The notes beneath the pieces were generated by a model that was not told where the DNA came from, ran no database searches, and saw nothing but the letters and a program-made list of their open reading frames with translations. DNA of 63,651 bases, the filler included, from Psammoneis japonica (lineage: Eukaryota): assembly GCA_008632985.1 (NCBI GenBank). It is 4 parts of 4 records of this genome, joined end to end, with 100 filler letters (N's around TTAATTAATTAA, not from the genome) between each part and the next. Parts side by side here need not be neighbours in the genome. Positions count along the whole stretch, not along the records: positions 50,395 to 63,651 come from QPGO01000503.1; 3 more parts are not named here. One strand, given 5' to 3'. The position numbers were made by a program, and so were the translations under genes. How positions within the stretch are numbered: position 1 is the stretch's first letter; each line of letters opens with the position of its first letter. Positions 52,154 to 63,651 of the stretch are shown piece after piece.

Positions 52154-54013
52154 ATGATGGAAGATGGTGTTGCCGCCAAAAACCATGCCTCCGAGCCAAC
52201 CAGTGGGGCTCCAATTGCAATGACGCCGGGTGCCGAGGCTTCCAACAATGACGCAGCTGACATGTCTGCATCACATGCTGACTCGGACGTCGTGGGACCC
52301 TTGCATTCTCGGGGGAAGCCCATTTTTTCTTCGCGTGCATGTTGGGCACTGGCCGCTTTACCACTCTTGGGCTTTCTAGCGGGAATTGTTGTGGGCTTGC
52401 TTGCCAGGAGCGACCCTTCACCCAAAACCCTGGTGCCCACTCCCACTGCAATGCCGACTTTGATGCCAACTTTAATGGAACGAGGTGAAATGGTGAAACG
52501 ATTCGTGACCTGGGTGGGTGATGCAGTGGAAGAGCCCGGTGCACCCGAACACAAGGCGGCGGTTTGGATTTCACATAAAGATCCCATGGGGCTTGATGTA
52601 GACTCCAAGAATTTGATGCAACGGTTCTTGTTGGCGCTCTTTTACTTCTTCACCACACAGATTTCGGATTGGCGCAACTGTGGCTCTCCATCCAAGAATG
52701 AAGATGAGAGTTGCATCTTTGACATCTTGGGTTTTGCCTTTGATCCGGATGAAGGATCGGATTTGGAATTTTACACCGGGTTTCCCGCAATTCGATGGCT
52801 TTCGGCCCGATCAGAATGTGAATGGATTGGTGTTACATGTGATTCTGTCAACACAATTCAGGCCATTGATATGTGTAAGTAAACAAACCAAGAGTATGCG
52901 GATGATTTGCGCATTTGTCATGTGCTCACCGAGATATCGTCATTGCACAACTAAAACACTGTGTACAGGGGGAAACAATGTCACGGGACCCCTTCCGTCC
53001 ATGCTTTCCAAATTTCCATTTCTCCAATCCATTTCCATGGCACACAATCAGTTCACAGGAACAATCCCCGAAGAGTGTGCCAGCATGCTTCACCTTGCCA
53101 ATTTAGACATCCATGACAACATGCTGACAGGAACAATTTCTCCCAAGTTCTACAAGGCCAACAAACTTTGAAATTTCAATGTCGGTGCCAATGATTTGGA
53201 TGGACCACTCATGGGAGTGGATGGAACAAAGATTGACAATTTGGATGAATTGAAAGGATTTCACATTTACGACAATGACATTGCAGGAATCTTCCCAAGT
53301 GAAATTGGCAATCTCAAGTCTTTGTTGGTTTTGCGCATTGGCAACAATCGATTTGACGAGCAGCCCATTCCAACGGAAATGGGAAAGCTCACAGGCCTCC
53401 AAGAAATGTGGATGAATGGAAACAAATTCAACAGCACCATTCCAGTTGAATTGAGCAATGTGAAGAAGCTGAGTGAGCAACACAATGCTGTGTTGTGTGC
53501 ATTGGAGTGATTGTGGTTGCAATTGGAGGGTGCGCATCTAATTAAAAATTCTGTTCCCTGTGTTTCATGTTTACAGCCGATTTGCACATCGACAACAATC
53601 GTCTTGCTGGTCAAATCCCAGAGTCGCCACATGAGTTGACGGATTTGGCATTGTTGTTTTTGGAAAAGAACCAACTCACGGGACCTCTCAGTCCCTCTGT
53701 GGGCAAGCTGAATGATTTGGAACAAATTCGTCTACGCGAAAACAAATTGTCCGGTTCCATCCCGTCCGAATTGGGAAGCTTGTTTAGATTGGAATTGGCC
53801 TTTTTGCATCGCCACACGTTTGAGGGACCCGTTCCACCCGAGGTGTGTGCCAATGTTGCGTGTGGACGACACTCATTGGAGTGTTTAAATGCCGATTGTG
53901 GTGGACCGACCCCACCCAATCCCTGCGAGTGTTGCACCGCGTGTTGTGAACCCTTTGGCGTTGTTCCCAGTGTCTGTCTTCGAACCAAGCATTTAGATTC
54001 CGGGCATGCTTGA
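52154..54013 (+). pseudogene. Membrane-anchored leucine-rich-repeat protein of an expanded diatom family, apparently pseudogenised
   Basis: TM segment, PT stretch, QRFLLALFYF, WLSARSECEWIGVTC cap, LxGxIP LRRs, ADC..CECCTAC end; introns near 52875-52968 and 53472-53577; in-frame TGA at 53169. Confidence 0.8.
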
Positions 54014-55749
54014 ACAAAGAACACACTGTTGGGAAAGTAAAAGAAATGAAAGACTCTAGCAGAAATGAAAGACTCTGGCATGCATGTGCAAAACGCAATT
54101 AAGAACATGACTTTGTGAAAAATGTTGCAGTCAAGTTTTTGTTTTGTCATTGCAATGCTGTGAACAGCAGTGCATGATGAGGTTTTGTCATTGCAACACT
54201 GTGAAAAGCAGTGTGTGACAAGCATTGATGCCCAACTCGCAAGCTCTGCCCACCAGAGCCTGTTGAGCTTGGTCACACAAGAGAGAGAAACAAAAGGAGT
54301 TCCGAGAGCCATTTGTGCTCAATGTTTCATCATCCTGCTCAGAAGGCATTTGAGACACTTCAGATGCTGTGCACAGGGGAAAGAAGATGTTCAAAGCTGT
54401 GTCCACAGAAATGCTCAAACTTTAGATGTCCAAACATCATCCATTTGCATGTTGATCTTGTTGCACACATGTGTTCACCATCAAGAGCTTCTCTGCCATG
54501 GTGAGCACAGTGGTGCTGAGTGTCTTGTTTGGCTCATGATGATCTGCATGACTCTGTTTCCCTGATTTAGAGACACTGTTCTCAGCTCACTTTGCCTTTC
54601 TGCCACCAACCTGATGTTTTGCATGGCATCAAGGGTCACACCTTCTGCCAAAAAACCACATGAACGTCAGACTGCAAGTCACGCACGAACAACAGCACAG
54701 GTGCTTGCAGCCCCACCTGTGTCATTTGAAGCATCTCTGGCTCTTTGGCTCTTGCTTGGCCCACTTTTGCTCCTGCTTGAGCCTGTGGAGAAAGCTGACA
54801 GCATTTCCTTTGCACAGCATGCATGCCAGTTGTAGTTGACAAGTGCTCGAATCTGTCAAAAATGAGCTTTTTGGCTCTGCTGGCCAGAGCAACAGCATTT
54901 TCAAAGTGTGTGCACCCATCAATTTTTCAAGATGATGTGTGTGCCCGCACACAGCAGCCTCTGGTTGAGAGACCTCCACAGCAGGCTTTTGCTCAGCTGC
55001 GCTTTGTTGCAACTTGAAAATGTGTTGGCAAGAGTCTCAAAATGCCTGCAGCCCAAATTCTCACAAACTCTCCATTGCACATGAGCTCGTTTGGCTTTCT
55101 CCCATGATGTGAGCTCACTCACCCAACTCAGCTCCACCTCTCATGTCTGACTTCAGCAAAGCCACCCTCTCGACAACCAAAAAAAGTCAAGGCACCCAAC
55201 AAGGAGACTTGGGGTGTGTTGCACATGTGTGTGGTGTGCACAAATGGCATGTTTTGCCGGGAGCTGAGTGTGGCCTGTCTCCTGGGTGGTGTTTCCTTCC
55301 AGAAAGATGGCCCCCGATGTGTGTGACTGCATGTTTAAAAAATGACATCTTTGGTCTGCATGCTGGTGTGTGACAGTGGTGCAAAATTGTGTGCATGCTC
55401 CTCCGCCGTGTTGAAAAAATGGAAACCACGGAGAAAACACGATGGAAAGGGACAATCTGTTAACACGTGATGATCTTCCACCAAAAGAATCTGCCTTGTC
55501 AGTCATTTAGAGCCCAATTGCCAGCAATTTGCACGGCAATTTGGGGAGCGATTCACCGCACTTCACCGTGGTGAAACAGGGGTTGTCCAAAATTTTCAAT
55601 TTGACATCCCTGCTCCAGCAAAAGATTTGAGTTGCATGACCTTTGCACATGACGAGCAACAGTTGTGTGATGAACTGCTGGCATTGCTCAAATTGCAGCA
55701 GATTGCACGTGTGTCTTGTCAAATGACACAAAGTGATGATTGACACACT

Positions 55750-56200
55750 GTTTTGTCATTCTGCATCGTTTCCAGCCCCATGAGCAACCACCACCCCCTT
55801 GCCTTGACGACCAAGTGCACCCAAAAAAGCCAAGTTTGGCCTCTCCTTGTGCCGCCAAGGATGCAAATTGCAATGGGTCAAACATGCATCTTGTCATGAC
55901 AATCCAAAGCAATGTTGGATGCTGTCAAATCATTCTGTGCCATTTCCAGCCCCACAAGCATCCGGCAACTGCCGACCGAGAACCAAGAACAAAAAAAATG
56001 TGTTCCAGCCTCTTGCTGCACCGCCAAGACTGCATGTTGCAATGGCTCAAGCACGTGTCTCATCATGACAGCCAAAAGCAACATTGGAAGCCCTTTCGCA
56101 GTTCACTGCATCGTTTCCAGCCCCACAAGCAACCGGCAAAACCGCCATGTGATCTGGGTGCCAAAGAAACATGAAACCTTTAGAAGATGCCATCAAAACA
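55750..56200. repeat. ~173-bp tandem repeat, about 2.5 units
   Basis: TTTCCAGCCCCA at ~55769, 55943 and 56114 with matching downstream sequence. Confidence 0.7.
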
Positions 56201-57619
56201 ACTGCACCACCAAACTCAGCCACTTGAACTGCCTTTTGCCATCATCATTGGTGCCAAAATGAGGTCCCACGGACAGCGATTGATGACCAGAGTCAAGTTT
56301 TGGAGAAAACAACAACCACCCTGCCCACAAAATGCAAAAGAAACTCAAAAGCTTTTGAAGATGCCAACAAAAACAAGACACCATCACACTTGCCACATTC
56401 AAGTTGCCTACGCAAATGCTCTTGCCCCTGCAACATTGTCCCAGAACAGTGTGTTCATGAATGGAGCCATGCCGCCATGGTGTTTTTCTCGGATGAATGA
56501 GCTTCATTCGCACGGGAGTCCAGCCACATTTTTGAGGTAAAAAAAACTCATTGAGCACAAGGCAGGCAGCAGCAGAAGCAGGGGGAGAAAAAAAGGCTTG
56601 CTTTTGTGAGGATGGCATGAGCATGGTCAAGAAGCCACACACAGAGAAGCAATGAGCCAACTTTGTGCAGTCTTGCAGCTTTTGTGCCAGGTGGCGGTTC
56701 AAGAGCGCATGCCATGATCATGATGCACGGCCGCTGCTGCTGCAAGGCACCAAGAGCAGCAGTGGTGCTGGCCAGCTTCCAGCTGCAAGAGCTTGGCCTC
56801 TTGCATTGTGAACTTAGAGCACTTTGTGGCAGAGTTGAAAATCAAAATGCTTTGATCAATGTGCGCAACATGGTGGCAGGAAGGAAGTGGGCAAGACAAG
56901 CTGAGACAGCAGGGTGCAAGCAACAGCTGACAATGGCAATTCTTCATGCTTAGAATGCCTTCATTTCACATTTTCTGTGTTCACTGTCCTGGTTGCTTGC
57001 GTTGGACTGGCGACATTTGTGCCACAAGATCGTCATTCCCTGTGAGCTTCACAATGGCGGTTTAAAGCTGTGTTTGACTAACTTGATTAAAGTGACAAAG
57101 GGGCAATGTGTGATGACTGTAAAAATTGCCCTGTTGAGCAAGTGCAGCAACAAATTCGCCTTTGTGTGCAGCACAACCTTGAAATGTCCTGTTCTTCATG
57201 TGCGTTGTTAAAATTTATGTGCGTTTGCCCCACACTGTTCAACAAACCGGCACTCTGCAGAGATGCGAAAAATGCATTGGACCTGCTTGCTGAATGTTGA
57301 CTGACTCTTGCATTCCTGCTTGTTGTGTCCGCACCACAATTGGATGCATTGATCATGAACAAATTTGCAACACTGCAGAATTTGACAAATGCCTCTCGCA
57401 CATCATGAGTCGAATCATGTGTCTTGTGATCATTGCATGCTTTCCAAAAGAGTCGCAAGAACGTGAAGCTCTTGAGCACTGGGACAGCGGTCATTGTTGC
57501 TGTCCTTGCACCGTGGAGTGGAAATGCTCAAGATCTGGCATGTGCATTGTTTGGCCACTTTTGCCATGCATCTTGCATGATGTCTTGTTTCTGATGTCGT
57601 GCGTCAACTTACGAAGTCT

Positions 57620-60600
57620 TTCCATTCTCATGGCGCAGGGCGCATGTTGTGACCCTGTGACCACTGTCACTCCCACAAACTGTTTTGATGCCATTGGAGG
57701 CGCACGCACATTCGCACTTGGGGATTTCCAGGGTCCAGGCACTGAGTGCATCAACGGCGAGTGCCCCACTGGTGCTTGTTGCTTGTCGGGCGGTGGTTGT
57801 GCAGTTGAATGCCCTGCATTTTGTGCTTTGAATGGAGGTGATTACAAGGGTGACGGTGTTTCATGTTCTGCATGTCTTTTGACACCTGCACCGACTCCAT
57901 CTCCTGCCCCGAATCCTGCGCCAAGTCCGACACCTGGGCCTGCTCCTTCTCCTGCCCCAAGTCCCACACCTGCGCCGACACCTGCACCCACTCCTTCTCC
58001 CACCCCAAGTCCGACACCTTCGCCAACACCGTCACCTGCTCCTTCTCCTGCGCCAATGCAGGGAGCTTGTTGTTTGTTTTATGACACTTGTGCAGTGGAA
58101 TGTCCCACGGATTGTGCTGCATCTGGAGGTGTCCACCAGGGCGATGGTGCTGAATGCATTGAAGGCGAGTGCCCCACTGGTGCTTGTTGCCTGTTTGGCT
58201 GCTGTGCAATTGAACGTCCCAGGGATTGTGCTGAGAACGGAGGTCTTTACGAGGGCAATGACATTCCATGTGCGGAACTTAGATGTCCTTCTCAAGAATC
58301 TGCATGCTGCACCGTAAAGGACAGATGCTTGGACCAACTTGCAAGAGACGAGTGCATGGAACTTCTGAATCGGGGCGTGTGTGTGGCAGATGTCAGTTGT
58401 GAAGAAGCTCCAATGTGCCAAGAATTAGGTGCTTGTTGCGCTGAAGATGGGCCATGTCTAGACACTTTTACGGCGGAAGCTTGTGGTGGTGTTTGGTTCA
58501 GTGGACAAATTTGCAAAACCGATGAAATGGCTTGCCCTGCCGCCTGCACCTTCACCAACGCCGAGTCCAACTCCTTCGCCAACACTGTCACCTGCACCAG
58601 CGCCAACCCCCAGCCCTGCACCTTTCCGACACCGAGTCCAACACCAGCACCGACGCCCTCGCCCACTCCAGCACCTGCACCCGCGCCGACACCGTTGCCC
58701 ACTCCAGCACCGACACCGTCGCCTGCTCCTGCGCCAACTCCCAGCCCCACACCTGTTCCGACACCAAGTCCAACACCGGCACCGATGCCGTCGCCCACCA
58801 GAGCACCGACACCCTCTCCAACGCCATCACCCCTGCAGCACCGACACCGTCGCCTGCTCCGGTGACAACTCCAGCCCCACGCTGAGTCCAACTCCCAGCC
58901 CCACACCCATTCCGACGCTGAGTCCAACACCCCATCTAACACCGTCCCCCACACTTGCACCGACACCGTCGCCCACTGCAGCGCCAACACTGTCACCTGC
59001 TCCGGTGCCAACTACAAGCCCTGCGCCTGCTCCGACGCCAAGTCCAACACCATCACCGACGCCGTCACCTGCGCGTGCGCCATCTGCTGCTCCTGCAAGT
59101 GTCGATTCATGTCAACTTGTTGTTGTTTCATGGTTTTCAAATGACAAGCAAAAGTTCTAAATTCTGTTTGTGTCAATTTCACCATCTTGCAGTTGGGAGC
59201 TTGCTGCAACTTGGAAGTTTGCTCAATCCTCTCTGAGGATGAATGTCTGCGGGGGCCACCACCTGATCACACCCGCAACTGGCTTTTCAAGTGGAATGGA
59301 AAGGGCCAGGTTCGACTTGCAAAAACTCCTGCAAAGGCGCTTGCTGCCTGGAACCAGGATCCAACAAGGCTTGCTTCAAGGGAACTGAAATTGAATGCTG
59401 CGCAAATGGTGGCAGTTTCGCAGACCTGGGTGACATGCGAGGATGCAGATTGCCCGACGTTGCCTCCAACGACTTCTCCCACCAAGAGCCCCACCATGGC
59501 TCCAACTGTCCAGACTCCAACCGCAACTCCTGCGACCCCGGCTCCTGCCAAAGCTCCTACACTACCACCAACGCAAGTTGATCAAAGCCCTGGTGCAGGC
59601 TGCACCTTGTTTGATGGTTGCAAGTTCCTTTCTCAGGAGATGTGTGCTTTGGGGTGGTGGCATTTATAAAACCAAACCAAAAGTGCAAGGACACTGAATG
59701 CCCCATTAAGGGAGCTTGCTGCTTGGAGGATGGATGCAAGCAAACCTTCAAAAAGGAGTGTGCGAACCAAGGAGGAAAGTTCAAGGGATTTGGTGTGCCA
59801 TGTGAACTTGGTTTGTGCCCGACCAAACCGCCAACACCAGCTCCAACCACCACCAAGCCACCATGAGACCCACGTCACTCCTCCCTTGACTGGAGCGTGC
59901 TGTGATGTCGAGAAGGATGAATGTGAGCAAACCGGGAACTTGACTGTGACACGGGTGCATTCTTGGGGCTTGGAGTCAAGTGCAAGCCGGGCATTTGTCC
60001 AACAAGGACTTCTCCTGGAGCGTGTTGCCTCAATTCTGGAGAGCACCGTTTCTGGTCTCAAAAGACATGTGCCCAAACGGATCATTCTTTTTGGGTCCTG
60101 GTGCTTCCTGCAAAAACGTTGTGTGCCCAGTCAAGACTCCAAGCCCAACCCTTGCTCCAGCAAAGAAACCGATTGGTGCTTGTTGCTTCGAAGTGGACTT
60201 TGTCACAACCTCAGGCCTTCCGTTTGCAGGAAGAAGTGCGGCAAGTTCATCACTGTTGGCACCATGTGCAAGAAAGACAACACCTGTCCCATTTGGATGG
60301 CAGCAAGCCTGGTGCATGTTGCATGGTTGACAAAAGGCAATGCAAAACTCTCGAGGAGAAGGCTTGCGAGAAGCGGGAGGGAAGTTTTGCCGGTGAAGGT
60401 GTCAAGTGCAGCAAGAAGTCGTGCCCCGCGGCACATGGATCCTGCTGTTTGCCGGACGGCTCGTGCATTGTGACCAGGAAGAAACAATGTGAGAAGAAGC
60501 GTGGACACTTCAACGGATTTGGCACCACGTGCAAGAAGCACACTTGTCCTGTGGAGCGCCCCGGGGCTTGTTGCTGGAGGAATGGCAAGTGCAAGGTTCT

Positions 60601-60800
60601 AAAGAAATCACAGTGTTGGAAACGGGGAGGCAAATTCAGGGGAGGTGAAAAGTGCGGGAAAAAGACGTGCCCCAGAAAGGCGCAAGAAGTGGTTTCAGAC
60701 AATGCAGCGAATCGGTCCATTGGTTGTTTTAACAGAATGTCTGTTCATGGTGTTGCACCCTTTTCACTTTGTTTTGCAAAGCATCAGGCAGTGTGATGAC
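57620..60800 (+). pseudogene. Extracellular-type Cys-rich GACC-repeat protein with PT/PS/PA linkers and Lys-rich C-terminal repeats, frameshifted
   Basis: Many GACC...C...C..GG.(Y/F).G.G..C modules spread over several frames; PTPAPTPSP arrays at ~57880-58055 and 58540-59090. Confidence 0.75.
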
Positions 60801-61280
60801 ACAAGATGGGAACAGGAACACCGAATTTTAATGAAATGTTGCTGCACGGTTAACCCGGTCCTTGAATGAATCATCAGACGGCACGAAAGGTGTAACAACA
60901 TTGGAGCCGCTGTCCTTTGAGGCTCCAATTTTGCTTTGTCATTCATTTCAGCACATTCTAAATTCTCTGCTTCCGGCAAGGGGTTGGACCATTGACCTCC
61001 CATGGATCTGCTAGAGCAGATGCAAACAGAGCCATTTGTCATTGAAACACCATTGTGCCTGGCACACCACATCCAAGATTGTGAGTGAATGAAGAGTGCA
61101 CCATTGGGAAAGTTGAAGGGAATGAAAGACAGCAGCATGCATGTGGCAAATGCAGTCAAGAACAAGACTTTGTCAATGATGTTGCAGTCTGCCCAACACA
61201 CAAGCTCTGTTCTGGAGGCTGTGAAGCTCAGTAACATGAAAAAGAGAAATGAAAGCTCCAAGAGCCATGAAGCTTTTGCA

Positions 61281-61677
61281 GATGTGTTCCAGCTCTAGGT
61301 GGGACCTCGCACTGCTGCACTGTGACATCAACAGTTTTTTGGATCGCGTCGCATGTCACGCACGCACATTTCCACATGCTGTTTTCTACGAAATTGTTTC
61401 ATGCTCCCTGTTTTGCAAAGCCAAAGGCTTTCTATTTTCAACATTTGTGAGAATGAAAATGCACTGGGTGTGTTCTTTAATGTCTGAAGAACACACCCGG
61501 GCAAACTGTTGATGATGTGCTGCAAGCACGAAGGAGGAGATGCGTTCGTAAAATTGCCTCTTTTTCTGTTGGCGATCATTTGCATTTTCATTGCAGCACA
61601 AACTTGCTGCGGAGCTCGCACGCAGAATTCTGCGGGCCCAATGTCACACGGAGTCCCACCTGAGACTGGAACCCATC
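61281..61677 (-). mobile_element. MITE family A (subfamily 2) complete copy
   Basis: GATGTGTTCCAGCTCTAGGTGGGAC ... GTCCCACCTGAGACTGGAACCCATC; TSD TGCA on both sides. Confidence 0.88.
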
Positions 61678-63651
61678 TGCAGCCGCAGCTTGTGATCTCC
61701 ATTTTGTCATTCTGTTGTGAAGGCATTTGACACATGTCAGGTGCCGTGCACTGAGGAAAGAAGAAACTCTCAGCACCAGATCCACACGGATGTTTGGACT
61801 TTCCAGCTGCGCACATGTTGATCTTGTTTTGTGCATGTGCGCACCATTGAATGCTTCTCTGTGGTGAGCGCAGCAGCGCCAAGTGGTTTCTTGCTTGGTT
61901 TTCTTCATGATGACATGTGCGCCACCCTGTTTCCCAAAATCATCAAGAGACGCTGTTCTTGGCTCACTTTGCCCTTCTGCCACAAGCCCGACTTTCTGCA
62001 CAGTGTCAAGAAACACGTTTTCCCCACAAGACCACATGAGCGCTTGACTGCACCACAAACAAGAGCGACATCACAAAGACGCTGGAAGTCCTGCCCATGC
62101 TGCTGAAACATCCCTGCCTGGCTTGTTTTCCTCCTCATGGGAAAGCAAGGGCACCCAGCAAAAGGAGAGACTTGGGCACTGCACACATGCATGTTTGTTG
62201 GAAACAGTGCGTTTCTCTCCAGGACTTGAGTGTGACCACCATCTCCTCACAGAACCAAGATGGCTCCCAGCAAAGAGTGCGAGGGTCAGCTGAGCGGCGG
62301 CCTTGCACTTTTTTGAAATGGGCGGCAGCTTCTTGTCAGTGCTGTCCACTGCCTTGCTCCAGGGTGCAAAGGGCTTGTTCCAGATCCAGGTGCTCCGCGC
62401 GGGTTCGATTCCCATCATTTGGAAATTTGTGCATTTGGCGCAGTTGACTTTTTCCAAATCCATTTTTTGCCAAATCGAAGGGCAAGTGTGCACTTTGCAT
62501 GCATTTTCGGGTGCACACTCACCTTTCGATTTTCGAAACGATCAAAATTGAAGGAGTCAATTGCGCCAAACTGCACAGAAAATCGGCCTCTCTTGTGATG
62601 AAAAGCAGATCACCTGGAGCTGGAACAGGCCAAAGACCCACATTGCTTTGTCCCCTCCTCAACCTGTTCTGCCCCAATGCCTGCCACCTGTTGAAGGCAA
62701 AGAGTTCCAACAGTTGCAGGAAGAATGGAAAGGGCAGTCGTGATGCGAGATGGCGGGTGTCACTTTGAGTCGTGATTCCATTTCAAAATCACTCGCACAT
62801 TGTGTTGCATTTTATCTGCTTCTTCCAAAATCTACAGTGCCTGGCTGAATGACGGCTGTGAACCCACTGTGCGATGATGACTGTGGAAAATGTGCTTGGT
62901 TGGCAGACATTCTTCACAATGTCTGTGACAAAACGTTTGACAGCCACAGCACAGCACAGTGTCATTCTTTTAAAAAAACTCACTTGGGACAGAGTTCAAT
63001 GAATGTTTTACATTGTTCACTGGCCATCTTCAACCAAACCCGAACTCTCATCCGCGAACCTCATTGTGTGATGTTCTTCCATGTGTGCAATCACCAATCA
63101 CCAACAACCAACAATGTTGTGGTTGTGGGTGCGTGTGGCAACAAAATGAACATGAGTGCAATGAAAAGAAAGTTCTCTTGGCTCTGTCGAGCCATCCATT
63201 CTTCTTCCTTGCTGGTGGCATCGATGCTTTTGGGGACCATTTTGGTTGCTCAGATGCTTGCAACAATGGTTTCATCGAAAGGCACTGAAGAGGACAAGCA
63301 CGATGATGCTTTGCCAAACAGTGGCACACGGAACATTCCTCAAGAGGCTTCTGATGTGAAAACGAGCCTTTCTCACTTGAGACCAAGGACTGCTTGGCAG
63401 CGGCTGTTGCTTCACCAGGCCACTTGTGCCTGCACATCTTGTCTTGTGGATTTGCTGGACACGTGCTGTGGAGATGCTGCTGCTCTACTTGGAACCGAAA
63501 AGATCATTTTCAACAAACTCAAGAACTCGTTAACTGTCATGCTCATCCAAGGAAATGCCATTGGCTCACTCAACCAGCTCAGGGAAGCAGAAAAGTGGAT
63601 TGAACAGCAGAGTGCAAAACAGAAACGATTCAACAACATTGGGAGGATTGC

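Noticed and set aside
1..63651. Hundreds of Cys/His-rich ORFs in repeat regions as novel metal-binding proteins
   Set aside because: Expected by-product of TA loss (no TAA/TAG, Tyr->Cys/His); they overlap in all frames and lack domains
61700..63651. Genes in the terminal TA-poor region (also 54100-57500, 17240-18880, 39200-40950)
   Set aside because: Too degenerate; no motif I can support

Overview
Eukaryotic nuclear DNA, most likely a pennate diatom (bipartite plastid-targeting leaders, intron-containing nuclear atp1, diatom-type Copia and LINE elements, LRR membrane-protein family). The window is four contigs joined by artificial 100-bp spacers (N44-TTAATTAATTAA-N44), so adjacency across spacers is not evidence of linkage. 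One ordinary gene island (~19.0-30.6 kb) holds seven genes: pyrophosphatase, DUF1995-like, a G/P/S-repeat membrane protein, a hypothetical, mitochondrial ATP synthase alpha, a small diatom-type hypothetical and a LON-N domain protein. The rest is transposon-rich DNA: Ty1/Copia elements, an RNase H-bearing LINE, two MITE families, satellites and two decayed host-type genes. The main observation is that this repeat DNA has been almost stripped of the dinucleotide TpA by TA->TG and TA->CA changes on both strands, while the gene island has normal TpA. Conserved Tyr residues become Cys or His (RT YVDD->HVDD, LYGL->LHGL), TAA/TAG stops disappear, and aligned repeat copies show the change directly. 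This looks like a repeat-targeted A:T->G:C hypermutation process, comparable to fungal RIP but with opposite chemistry. I do not know of a description of it; the mechanism is inferred and no causal enzyme is visible in the window.
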